64,000 bases of DNA from positions 124,943-188,942 of the IMG/VR virus record IMGVR_UViG_3300036939_000082. The stretch is one strand, 5' to 3'. Each line of letters starts with the position of its first letter. Position 1 is the stretch's first letter. Shown here in pieces: positions 28,454-37,513 of this stretch. The DNA comes from a virus. A model generated the notes under the pieces. The model was not told the DNA's origin. It saw nothing but the letters and a program-made list of their open reading frames with translations, and ran no database searches. Position numbers and translations under genes: made by a program.

Positions 28454-29317
28454 TTGAATTGTACCAAAAATATGGATTTAAGAGAATCGGTAGCAAAAGC
28501 CCAATTACAGCTACTCGGAATTCAATCGACGATCGAAGCTGAAGGTTGGGACAAAGATCCGGATTGGGTAACGCGAGGTAAAGACGGTAAATTTGGGGCA
28601 AAAGATAGTTCCGATGGGGAAGGGTCAAACAAAAATCTACAAAATTTAAAAATAGAAGATTTGCAAGCAAGTTATGAGTTATTAACTAAACAGGCAAAAG
28701 AAGTGTACGCCAACACAATAAATTCTGAAAGCTCAAAAAAAGTACACAATAAAATTTCTACTGCAATTGCTAAATTCTTTGATACCAATACTGGTAAAAT
28801 TTATAAACAAGCAGTAGAAGAGTGCAAAAAAGTAGAACCAAAAAAATATATAGATGTCGTAAACCAAAAAATAAAACAACATCCCTTAGAAGCGGAGATT
28901 GGAGCGGTAATACTTGGAACATTAACCGGACTGTGTTTGGCGGGGACAGCAATATTTGCCTCGGAAGCACTTGTAGCGGCTGCTGCTTTCAGTATTAACG
29001 CAGCAGCAAAACAAGAAACTAAATTGAGCGCGATAGCAGCGGGACAAGCAGTTAGAAATAAAGTTGATAACACAATTAAGGCTGGTGTTGCCGGAGTTTT
29101 AGTCAACAAGTCACGTCAGAAGTTGGAAGACAAAGCAACAGAGGGATTCAAAAGAAGAGAACAAACAAACAAGATAGTTGACGAATTAAAATTAAAGTCG
29201 GTCTTAGAAAAAAAACAGGCAGAGAAGTTTGCTGAGTTAATATATGACGCTTATGCAGATCCTTCGGAAAGAATAAATAACGAGCTACAGTTATTAGACA
29301 AGCTATTAAAAAAATAA
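28454..29317 (+). CDS. hypothetical protein with N-terminal RGKDGKF motif and hydrophobic segment
   Basis: 287-aa Lys-rich ORF containing WVTRGKDGKFG and IGAVILGTLTGLCLAGTAIFA. Confidence 0.7.
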   Translation: MNCTKNMDLRESVAKAQLQLLGIQSTIEAEGWDKDPDWVTRGKDGKFGAKDSSDGEGSNKNLQNLKIEDLQASYELLTKQAKEVYANTINSESSKKVHNKISTAIAKFFDTNTGKIYKQAVEECKKVEPKKYIDVVNQKIKQHPLEAEIGAVILGTLTGLCLAGTAIFASEALVAAAAFSINAAAKQETKLSAIAAGQAVRNKVDNTIKAGVAGVLVNKSRQKLEDKATEGFKRREQTNKIVDELKLKSVLEKKQAEKFAELIYDAYADPSERINNELQLLDKLLKK

Positions 29318-29335
29318 AGACAACCATTATTTACG

Positions 29336-29376
29336 AAAATAGGGGCGCATTCAAATACTGAATGCGCCCCTATTTT
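29336..29376. terminator. bidirectional intrinsic terminator
   Basis: AAAATAGGGGCGCATTCA-aatac-TGAATGCGCCCCTATTTT between convergent genes. Confidence 0.8.
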
Positions 29377-30785
29377 TAGCTTCGGAACGTTACTTGGAGT
29401 TCCCCGGTTAAGAAATTAAAGCGTATTGCCTCAATCCTTGCGATCGTGCGAACGATCGCGCTAGTTATTCTTTTGATATCCTCTTTTGAAAAGGGACATC
29501 CTTTCTTTTCTGCCTCAAGCACAGCTTGTGCTTGTTTTACAAGAGTTTCTTCTATTGTCTGTTTAGCGTTTTCTAACTCTGAACCAGGTGGAATACGAGA
29601 GAGTGATTCCTTAACTGCTTCATTTGCAGATTCCAACTGAGCGATCGCATCCTGCCTAGAGGTTGGTTCGTTCGACTTTGGAATGTCCAGTTTTTCAACA
29701 GCTTCGACCGTCATAGTAACTGGTAAACCGTCCACTTCAACAGTGGTGGTTTCAGATGCCAGAACTACTGGACTTGGCGACACAATTTCTTGTGCCGTAA
29801 GTGATTTTGCTGCATCAACTATCGTTGGCAGCAAGCAACGCACTGCCGCTGCTGAGACGGCTATGTATTGTAGCCCCACAGGGAGGGCTAGCGTTATCAA
29901 TTTAGCGGTTCCGATCAGCCTGATAGCTGATTCGACCGCCTCGGCAGCTATCTGAAACGATGTACGCGGCGGCACATCGCAGGAAATATCTACTTTAACA
30001 GTCAGTGACTGTCCGTTGGGGCTTTTGAGTTGCACCCCTTTGGTTTTGCTGATATTTATTTTAAGCGTACCTCCTTTTACAAGGAGGGGACTTAGATCCT
30101 TGCGGGCGATCGCAATTTCGATCGCCCCTTCAGGAATTAATCCGGGAAAAAATGCTAATTCGTTGCGGTCGATCGCCCATACAGATGCGCGATCGCTCGA
30201 CTGAACCAGAATTTTTTCTTGCCCTATTTCGACAGAAACAGTTTCTGCCTCAAAGAGGGCTTCTTTGGGAATAGTGAAAGATATAGATTCCCCATCCTTG
30301 AGCGGGTCGTCTATTATAAGGGTTTGCATTGCAATCACTCCGTCCGGCGCGATCGCCGATAATGAAAGAACATTTCCAGCAATCTGGATGTGTACCTTGT
30401 CAGCGATAGCGCCAAACTTATTAATTGATTTCCACGTCTTCGTGGATAGTTCAACGCGGGCGATCGGATCGCCTACATTGATACTTGGAATTTCTATTCG
30501 ATCGGAAACGCAGAAGACTCCTATATCGGTGATTGAAAGTATGTTTTCTTCTCGATCAAAAGCGAATCTCAATTCTTGTTTTGGATCGAGAATATCGCAA
30601 TCTTCCTTGTCTGCTTGAGCTTTCCAAGACTCGTCGCCCCCTTCTACTGCAATCTTTATTATCGTAGTTACAGAATTAACTTGAGAAAAGATTTTAGCTT
30701 TTCCAAATCCGTCGTAGCTAATAACGCTAGAGTTGTCAGCAGAAAGCAGGGTTGAGAATTGTTCGATCAACATAGTGAATACCAT
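29376..30785 (-). CDS. divergent DNA sliding-clamp (DnaN/beta-clamp)-like protein with C-terminal extension
   Basis: Three ~105-aa alpha/beta modules with clamp-like patterns (FTIPKEAL; FPGLIPE..IAIARKDL; FQIAAEAVESAIRLIG..LITL...RCLLPTI). Assigned by pattern only. Confidence 0.5.
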   Translation of the reverse strand: MVFTMLIEQFSTLLSADNSSVISYDGFGKAKIFSQVNSVTTIIKIAVEGGDESWKAQADKEDCDILDPKQELRFAFDREENILSITDIGVFCVSDRIEIPSINVGDPIARVELSTKTWKSINKFGAIADKVHIQIAGNVLSLSAIAPDGVIAMQTLIIDDPLKDGESISFTIPKEALFEAETVSVEIGQEKILVQSSDRASVWAIDRNELAFFPGLIPEGAIEIAIARKDLSPLLVKGGTLKINISKTKGVQLKSPNGQSLTVKVDISCDVPPRTSFQIAAEAVESAIRLIGTAKLITLALPVGLQYIAVSAAAVRCLLPTIVDAAKSLTAQEIVSPSPVVLASETTTVEVDGLPVTMTVEAVEKLDIPKSNEPTSRQDAIAQLESANEAVKESLSRIPPGSELENAKQTIEETLVKQAQAVLEAEKKGCPFSKEDIKRITSAIVRTIARIEAIRFNFLTGELQVTFRS

Positions 30786-30871
30786 TTTTTTGTTTTTACT
30801 CTCGTATTATAGCATATATTATCTATACAAAGTATAATAAAGAAGTAAGCATTCAAAGCAATTAAAAAACA

Positions 30872-33800
30872 ATGAATAACGAAGCAATTGGACGTGCAAA
30901 CCTCAAAGCAGTGCAAGTCCTAAAATCTCTGTGCGGAAAACTTCCTTCGCAAGAAGAAAGACAAATCCTTGCAAGATTTACGGGTTGGGCCGCGATCGCC
31001 GATGTTTTCGATACATCCAAAAATGGGTGGCGAAAAGAAGTCCGCGACGAACTCCAAACATTGTTGACAGATAAAGAATACGCGGAGGCAGTCGCTTCCA
31101 CGTTTAACGCCCACTACACATCCTTCCCCGTAGTAAAAGCCATGTGGGACGGATTAGTTGCGCTCGGATTGAAAGGCAAAATTAACGCCCTTGAGCCGGG
31201 GTGCGGTATCGGGCGATTTATTGAATGCGCTCCGCCCGACTTAGATATAGATTGGGTAGGAATAGAGCGGGACATCATTCCCGCAGCGATCGCCCGAGCA
31301 ATTCACCCGCAGGCAAAAATCATAAATCAAAAGTTTCAAGATTTTAACTGCGAGGGTTTGTTCGATCTGGCGATCGGCAACATCCCGTTTGGGGATATTA
31401 AAATCGGGAGTCTAAATATTCACAACTTCTTTATCAAGAAGTCAATAGATTTAGTCCGCCCCGACGGGTTTGTAGTCCTGATCAGCACATCAGGTACTCT
31501 AGATGCTCGCGGTAATACTTTCCGCGAACTCCTCAGCAATTCAGTCAGTTTAGTAGGCGCAATCCGCCTGCCAAACACTGCCTTTTTGGAAGAGAACACG
31601 GAAATAACCACCGACATTTTGGTTTTCAAGAAAGAATCTTGTGAAAACAAAAGTTGGACGGCATCACCAGAAATTCAGTCGATCGCTTACGGCAAAGGAT
31701 TTAAAGAAGCGTTTGCACACCTCTTGCCCGAGCGCCTAAAGCCTGAAGACTGGATAAAAAAAGCTTATGACAACATGAGCGGAATCGGATCGAAACTAGG
31801 ACATTTAAAACATCTACATCTAAACGGGTACTATCTGTTTAACCCATCAATGATGCTCGGCGAACTAGCTGAGTGTGAATTGTACGGAGGACGCATAGCA
31901 CTCAAAGGTGACGGTCGCGACTTGTCACAAGAAATAGTCCGCTGTTTCAAAGAGTTTAAATCGGGTTACGAACCAGCCAAAACTCAAACAATTGAAATGG
32001 CAGACCCGGAAGTCACTTGCATCCCCCACAATCACTTTTTCTGGAAAAATCAGAAACTATGGCAAAAAGGGAAATTTAAGGCTTTTGAAGTAGTCAAAGA
32101 AGTTGAAAAAATTGACTCGATGCTCAAGCTATGGGGAGATTTGGAAAAACTTTTGAAGGCTCAACAAGGTCAAGACGAAGATCGATTGATTGAATGTCGT
32201 AACGATCTCAATGATTCCTACGAGCGTTGGATCGAAAAATACGGCTATCTCAATAGCCCCGCGAATATCAAAGTTTGCTGCACCGACCCGCGCTATTACC
32301 TGTTAATGGCGCTGGAGGTTCCAGCGAAAATGTGTGGCTACAGCTTCAAAGAGTTGCTAAAAAGCACGCAGCATTTTAGCAAAGCCGACATCTTTACCAA
32401 AAGAACAGCTTCACCTAAAATCACTCCTGAATCCGCAGATTCAATCGAAGACGCGATCGTTCTGTCCCTAAATCAATTTGGGAAGATCGATACCGACTTT
32501 TTAATTAAACTGCGCGGCGAAGGAGTAATCGACGAACTTGAAAAAAGTTCGTCAGCTTTCTTCGACACCAGTACCTCAACTTGGGTATCTGCTGAGCAAT
32601 ATCTCAGCGGCAACGTTCGAGAAAAACTGGCAATCGCCCAACTTGCTAGCAACAGCAAAAATATAGAAGCACTGGAGTTAATTCAGCCTCTATATTTCTT
32701 GCCAAAAGCCAGCACCGAAACCAGGGCGGAAGTTGCAATCCGCCTTGGAGCGTCCAAGTGCGAAGCCGATATTTCGATTTACTACCAAGTTCTGTTCGGC
32801 TCCACCTGGATTCCAGCCCATTACTACGGGCAATTCGCATCCGATTTGATGGATGCACCCGTAGAAATCGCATACATCCCGCACCCGATCGACTGCTATA
32901 GGGTCACACCCTATTACACGATCGCCCGAAGTGCCGCAAACAAGCAGCGCTGGGGAACGCCAAAAGCCGATTTCCTATCGCTGTTAGAAATGGGATTAAC
33001 TCAGAAAGACCCCATTATTAAAGACATTGTTGACAAAAAAGCAGTTGTCAACGTACAAGAAACGGAAAATGCTAGGGCCAAGCTGCAAGAAATCAAACAA
33101 AAGTTTGCAGAGTGGCTTTACCTCGATGTTGATCGCGCCGAACATATTACGCAGCTCTACAACGAACAGTTTAACTGTTTTGTAGACCGCAAATACCGAG
33201 GCGAAGTATTGACATTAGCCGATGCTAATCCAGATTTTATCTGGCGATCTCACCAAAAAAACGCCATTTGGCGAACGCTCCAAGAAGACGCTGTTCTGTA
33301 CAGCCATTCTGTGGGAGCAGGCAAAACCGCCGCAATGGTCGCCAGTGCTATGGAATTGCGCCGACTGGGACTCGCCAACAAACCGATGATCGTAGTGCTT
33401 AATTCTACGATTTCAGGAATAGAAGCAGAGTTTCGACGACTGTATCCATTTGCTAAACTCAAAGTTTCGACCCAGGAATCGCTGTCACCGGACAACCGCA
33501 AACGGTTTTGTACGGAGATAGCGATGGGAGACTGGGATTGCGTTATTATCACGCATACCCAGTTCAAGACAGGTATATCTTTGTCGCCAGAATCAACTCT
33601 TGTTTTTCTAGAGGAAGAGCTAAAAATAGCCGATCGAGTTTTACTAGAAGCTATAGAAAATGGCGACAAAAAATCGATCAAACAAATTGCAAAAGCAAAA
33701 GAAAGAATCGAATCAAAAATTGCAGCATCCATCGAAGCTGCCAACCAACAAAAAGACGGGGTAATCTACCTCGAAGAAACCGGGGTTGACGCTTTCTTTA

Positions 33801-36172
33801 TAGATGAAGCTCACGCCTTCAAAAACTTGCCTTATCACACGAGGCAAACAAACGTAGCAGGTCTACCAAACACATCTTTCTACAGCCGAAAAAACGGCGG
33901 GACACTTACATCTCGCAGTTTCGACTGCTACATGAAAGTTCGGTGGATGCTATCTACAAAGAAAAAAGTGGTCTTTGCCACGGGAACGCCAGTGTCGAAC
34001 ACGCTGGTCGAGTCTTGGACAATGATGCGCTATCTAGCGCCGTCCATGCTGAAAAAAGCAGGCATTGAATCCTTCGATTCGTGTTTGTCAACATTTTTCA
34101 ACCTGACGACGAGCGCCGAACAAACTCCTACCGGGTACAAAACCCGAACTCGGTGCAGCGGCATCGTGAATTTACAAGTATTCATGTCGCTGTGGCGATC
34201 GTTTGTAGACGTACAATCAGCCAAAATGCTGAATTTGCCCGCTCCCGACCACGAAATAATCCCAGTTGAATGTCCGGCATCAACCGAGCAGGCAGCCTAT
34301 ATGGACTACCTGATCGAACGGCTGTACAGCATTCAAAAAAGGTTAGTAGCACCTGACGAGGACAACGCTCTAAAAGTTTACACGGATGCCCGCGCCGCCT
34401 TCGGTATTGACATCCGGTTGAGGTGGAAGGATGGCAAAGACTTTATTTACAACAAAATCAATACTTGCGCCCTCAACGTCTACCGCATCTGGAAACTGGG
34501 AGCCCCAGCAAAAGCAGCACAAGCTATCTTCTGCGACTTCTCAACACCCAAAGACGGCAAAGTCTTTGAAGCGTACACGTCCTTGCGCGACGTTCTAATC
34601 TTGTTGGGCATCCCTGCCAAAGAAATAGCCTTCATCCACGACGCTAAAACCGATAGTACTCGCAAAAAAATGATGGCGAAAGTTAATTCCGGCGAAATCC
34701 GAGTTATTTTGGGTTCGACTCAAAAACTCGGAACCGGAGTCAACATTCAATCTCGACTGCTGGCCGTTCACGACATGGATTGTCCCTGGAGGCCTTCAGA
34801 TATCGAACAGCGATCTGGGCGCATCGTGCGCCAAGGCAACTTGTTCGACAAAGTGTTTATTTTCCGCTATGCCACTCAAGGCGTGGAAGGTAAGCCCGGT
34901 TTCGATTCCTACATCTGGGGTGTAATCCTTCAGAAACTAGAATCGTTCCAAATCTTGATGTCGGGAGAAGCTCCCGGTAACGCCAGCGACGACATTGACC
35001 CGTTTGTAGCTTCTGCTGCAACGATGATGGCGATCGCCAGCGGTGACGATCGCATCAAGCGCAAAATAGATGTCGATCAACTCGTAAATTCCTTGCTGAT
35101 TCAGCAAAGAGGACACGAGCAGCAGCGCTACCAAAATTCTGTAGCTTTGGACAGGGCTTTAAAAAAGATAGATTTTCTATGCGACTCGATCGAAAAGATG
35201 CAGGCGGATTTGGCACAAGTCAAAACTGCCGAACCAAAATTGTTTTTGGCGAACAAAGAAATCGCTAACAGCAAGGAAAATGCCGAGGAAATTGGCAAGA
35301 TAATCGCAGAAAAACTAAACAACCTGCGAAACATCAAAGACAACCCTTCTGCAATCAAAAAGTTCAACCCTGTTATCGGTAAATTTGCTGGCTACCAACT
35401 GCGAGTAGAAGTAAGTCCTCGAACCCTCTCAATAAATTTAATTTTGGGAGGAAAAGGAAGCTACATTCTTCCCTCAAGCAGCAGGATAAAGATTATAGAA
35501 TCTTTAAGCATTGAGGGTATTTCCAATGTAATCCAAAAAGAGATCGACTCATACGTTGAAGATTTAAGATTGACTCGCGCCAACCATAAATCTTTGAGCG
35601 AAGCGCTATCGACTCCTTTCGTAGGAGCCGAAGAGCTAAAACAGCTCTTAGACGAGCAAGCGGAACTCGAAGAGCAATTAAATCCTGCGGAAGTTCCACA
35701 AGATCCAGATTCTCCAACAGAACCAAAAAAAGAGCCAGAACCTAAAGAATCAGAACCTGCTGAAACTTATGAGTTTTGGCAGACCGACTCCCCCTGCGTT
35801 TATGAGGGAGTAGACGATGACATGATAGAAGATTTGAAGCAACTTCTAGAACAATCCCCCAACTGGGTAGATCGGGTTATGTCTTCCTGTGAAGATGTAC
35901 TTCCGAAGTTGGCTTCAATAGATGTAGAAGTCTTTGCGGGCGATGACGATCGTGAAGACACAGATGACGAAACAGATCCTTGTGAATTCAAGGATTTCGA
36001 CGATGATAGCGACTTCTTCGACGATGATAGCGACTTCTTCGACGATGACGGCGAAGATTTCAGTAATGACTTTGACGATGACAGTGACTTTTTCGACGAT
36101 GATGACGACGAAGAATCTGTTGTTACCAGTCTCAATAATTTCGACGATGATGACGATTTCTTTGATGACTAA
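30872..36172 (+). CDS. DarB-like N6-adenine methyltransferase / SNF2 helicase fusion
   Basis: MTase motif I LEPGCGIG and motif IV GNIPFG. Helicase Walker A HSVGAGKT, DEAH, ATGTPVSN, GTGVNIQ, QRSGRIVRQGN. Asp/Phe-rich tail. Confidence 0.9.
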   Translation: MNNEAIGRANLKAVQVLKSLCGKLPSQEERQILARFTGWAAIADVFDTSKNGWRKEVRDELQTLLTDKEYAEAVASTFNAHYTSFPVVKAMWDGLVALGLKGKINALEPGCGIGRFIECAPPDLDIDWVGIERDIIPAAIARAIHPQAKIINQKFQDFNCEGLFDLAIGNIPFGDIKIGSLNIHNFFIKKSIDLVRPDGFVVLISTSGTLDARGNTFRELLSNSVSLVGAIRLPNTAFLEENTEITTDILVFKKESCENKSWTASPEIQSIAYGKGFKEAFAHLLPERLKPEDWIKKAYDNMSGIGSKLGHLKHLHLNGYYLFNPSMMLGELAECELYGGRIALKGDGRDLSQEIVRCFKEFKSGYEPAKTQTIEMADPEVTCIPHNHFFWKNQKLWQKGKFKAFEVVKEVEKIDSMLKLWGDLEKLLKAQQGQDEDRLIECRNDLNDSYERWIEKYGYLNSPANIKVCCTDPRYYLLMALEVPAKMCGYSFKELLKSTQHFSKADIFTKRTASPKITPESADSIEDAIVLSLNQFGKIDTDFLIKLRGEGVIDELEKSSSAFFDTSTSTWVSAEQYLSGNVREKLAIAQLASNSKNIEALELIQPLYFLPKASTETRAEVAIRLGASKCEADISIYYQVLFGSTWIPAHYYGQFASDLMDAPVEIAYIPHPIDCYRVTPYYTIARSAANKQRWGTPKADFLSLLEMGLTQKDPIIKDIVDKKAVVNVQETENARAKLQEIKQKFAEWLYLDVDRAEHITQLYNEQFNCFVDRKYRGEVLTLADANPDFIWRSHQKNAIWRTLQEDAVLYSHSVGAGKTAAMVASAMELRRLGLANKPMIVVLNSTISGIEAEFRRLYPFAKLKVSTQESLSPDNRKRFCTEIAMGDWDCVIITHTQFKTGISLSPESTLVFLEEELKIADRVLLEAIENGDKKSIKQIAKAKERIESKIAASIEAANQQKDGVIYLEETGVDAFFIDEAHAFKNLPYHTRQTNVAGLPNTSFYSRKNGGTLTSRSFDCYMKVRWMLSTKKKVVFATGTPVSNTLVESWTMMRYLAPSMLKKAGIESFDSCLSTFFNLTTSAEQTPTGYKTRTRCSGIVNLQVFMSLWRSFVDVQSAKMLNLPAPDHEIIPVECPASTEQAAYMDYLIERLYSIQKRLVAPDEDNALKVYTDARAAFGIDIRLRWKDGKDFIYNKINTCALNVYRIWKLGAPAKAAQAIFCDFSTPKDGKVFEAYTSLRDVLILLGIPAKEIAFIHDAKTDSTRKKMMAKVNSGEIRVILGSTQKLGTGVNIQSRLLAVHDMDCPWRPSDIEQRSGRIVRQGNLFDKVFIFRYATQGVEGKPGFDSYIWGVILQKLESFQILMSGEAPGNASDDIDPFVASAATMMAIASGDDRIKRKIDVDQLVNSLLIQQRGHEQQRYQNSVALDRALKKIDFLCDSIEKMQADLAQVKTAEPKLFLANKEIANSKENAEEIGKIIAEKLNNLRNIKDNPSAIKKFNPVIGKFAGYQLRVEVSPRTLSINLILGGKGSYILPSSSRIKIIESLSIEGISNVIQKEIDSYVEDLRLTRANHKSLSEALSTPFVGAEELKQLLDEQAELEEQLNPAEVPQDPDSPTEPKKEPEPKESEPAETYEFWQTDSPCVYEGVDDDMIEDLKQLLEQSPNWVDRVMSSCEDVLPKLASIDVEVFAGDDDREDTDDETDPCEFKDFDDDSDFFDDDSDFFDDDGEDFSNDFDDDSDFFDDDDDEESVVTSLNNFDDDDDFFDD
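35996..36049 (+). repeat. 21-nt tandem repeat encoding (F)DDDSDF
   Basis: TTCGACGATGATAGCGACTTC x2 plus a partial copy; further degenerate copies follow. Confidence 0.9.
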
Positions 36173-36180
36173 TTGAATTA

Positions 36181-36216
36181 AATGTGGTGCAGATTAGTAT
36201 TAATCTGCACCACATT
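36181..36216. repeat. palindrome followed by TGTGTTACAAT promoter element
   Basis: AATGTGGTGCAGATTA-gtat-TAATCTGCACCACATT. Confidence 0.85.
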
Positions 36217-36338
36217 TTGTGTTACAATAAAACAAAACACATGAACTCTAGGTACAACAATATAAAAATAGGTACATATCGCTAACAATCTGTACCTATT
36301 TTTGTGTTAAAACAAACAACAAACACAAGCACAAAACC

Positions 36339-36974
36339 ATGACAGAACCTAACACTCAGCGTTTCCAAAATCCTTTTTGGGAAAAGATCGACAGTTATCA
36401 AAAAGAGTACGATTCGTTCCCAACGCATAAAACTAAAATTCTTTATCAATTTGACCCAAAAAAGAAAAAATGGGTAAAAACAGAAAATCAGCGTAGGATG
36501 GACAAAGATAACATGATTTTAGACAAACCCATAAAAGATGGTTACAATTATTGGATGGTAAAAATAAAAGATGAAAAAACAATTCTTCGCTTTCCAAATT
36601 GGGACGAAAAATACTCTGGACAAACCTGCGAAAAAGCAATTCAGCAAGTAGCAAACAAAAATTTTTCAATTAATTATCCAGAGATTGACACCAGCGGAAA
36701 TTTTGAAGTCGATTATGTATTTTTCGATCGCGGAGAATGCAAATCTCAAGAAATTGTGAACTGGTTTGACAACGAATTAGGACACTTCTATCATCTCATC
36801 AAATACTACGAAGCAGAACATTACAAAGTAACTCCGCAGTATGTAGAAGTTACTTGTTTCATCTACGAGGAACGATCGCCGTGTCACAAGGATGGAACAT
36901 TAAAAACAGGTTCTTCTAATGATAACTTCTCTTCTCTAGGAGAAAGTTGGCATGACAAATACGGACCAGCCTAA
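36339..36974 (+). CDS. hypothetical protein (211 aa)
   Basis: Clean ORF with an AC-rich leader. Confidence 0.7.
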   Translation: MTEPNTQRFQNPFWEKIDSYQKEYDSFPTHKTKILYQFDPKKKKWVKTENQRRMDKDNMILDKPIKDGYNYWMVKIKDEKTILRFPNWDEKYSGQTCEKAIQQVANKNFSINYPEIDTSGNFEVDYVFFDRGECKSQEIVNWFDNELGHFYHLIKYYEAEHYKVTPQYVEVTCFIYEERSPCHKDGTLKTGSSNDNFSSLGESWHDKYGPA

Positions 36975-37005
36975 AAACTTACAAAGAAATTAACACAAAA
37001 ATATC

Positions 37006-37061
37006 AATTTAACACAATAAGACGTAAATTAATACAAATTTACATCTTATTGTGTTAAATT
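37006..37061. repeat. long imperfect palindrome containing CGTAAATTAAT
   Basis: AATTTAACACAATAAGA...TCTTATTGTGTTAAATT arms. Confidence 0.8.
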
Positions 37062-37091
37062 AAATATGCACAAAACACAAAAACAAAAAAG

Positions 37092-37346
37092 ATGAAACCT
37101 CAAGAAATTTCAGTCAATGAAATCAATTACCGCAACCGCCAGTGCTACAAAGTTTTTCCAGTATCGGGCTTTTGGTCTAAAGGAGGTATCCACAAAAATA
37201 AAGTGAGAGAATTGCTGTCACAAATGGGATATTCCATTACTTCTGATGAACCTTACCTTTTGAATGCAAACGAATTTTTTCCAGATCTTAAACCGCTTGA
37301 ATCAGTGTCAGCTTTTGTATTTTTTAAGACCGAAGCAGAACAATAG
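37092..37346 (+). CDS. hypothetical protein (84 aa)
   Basis: ORF with AC-rich leader, followed by a terminator. Confidence 0.6.
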   Translation: MKPQEISVNEINYRNRQCYKVFPVSGFWSKGGIHKNKVRELLSQMGYSITSDEPYLLNANEFFPDLKPLESVSAFVFFKTEAEQ

Positions 37347-37397
37347 CAATTAAACACAGAACAATTTGTTGTTTAGCAGGTAGCTAAAATTTTTAAC

Positions 37398-37430
37398 AAA
37401 GCCCCTCAATTAATTACTGAGGGGCTTTTT
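37398..37430 (+). terminator. intrinsic terminator
   Basis: AAAGCCCCTCA-loop-TGAGGGGCTTTTT. Confidence 0.8.
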
Positions 37431-37513
37431 GTTTGTGCGTAGGTCAACCTTGTGATAAAAATAGAAATAGCGTTACTACGATCGCCAGTCACTCCCTTAC
37501 TACACCTTAAAAC

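Noticed and set aside
28384-28467. Track's TMP start at 28467 (MVQFNEIN...)
   Set aside because: It overlaps the divergent gene and runs through the leader hairpin. TTG at 28383 mirrors the leader-to-start spacing of the tail-fibre gene.
35800-36176. Ser-rich (35800..36135 -) and Met/Thr-rich (35934..36176 +) ORFs
   Set aside because: They are alternative frames of the Asp-repeat tail of the helicase.
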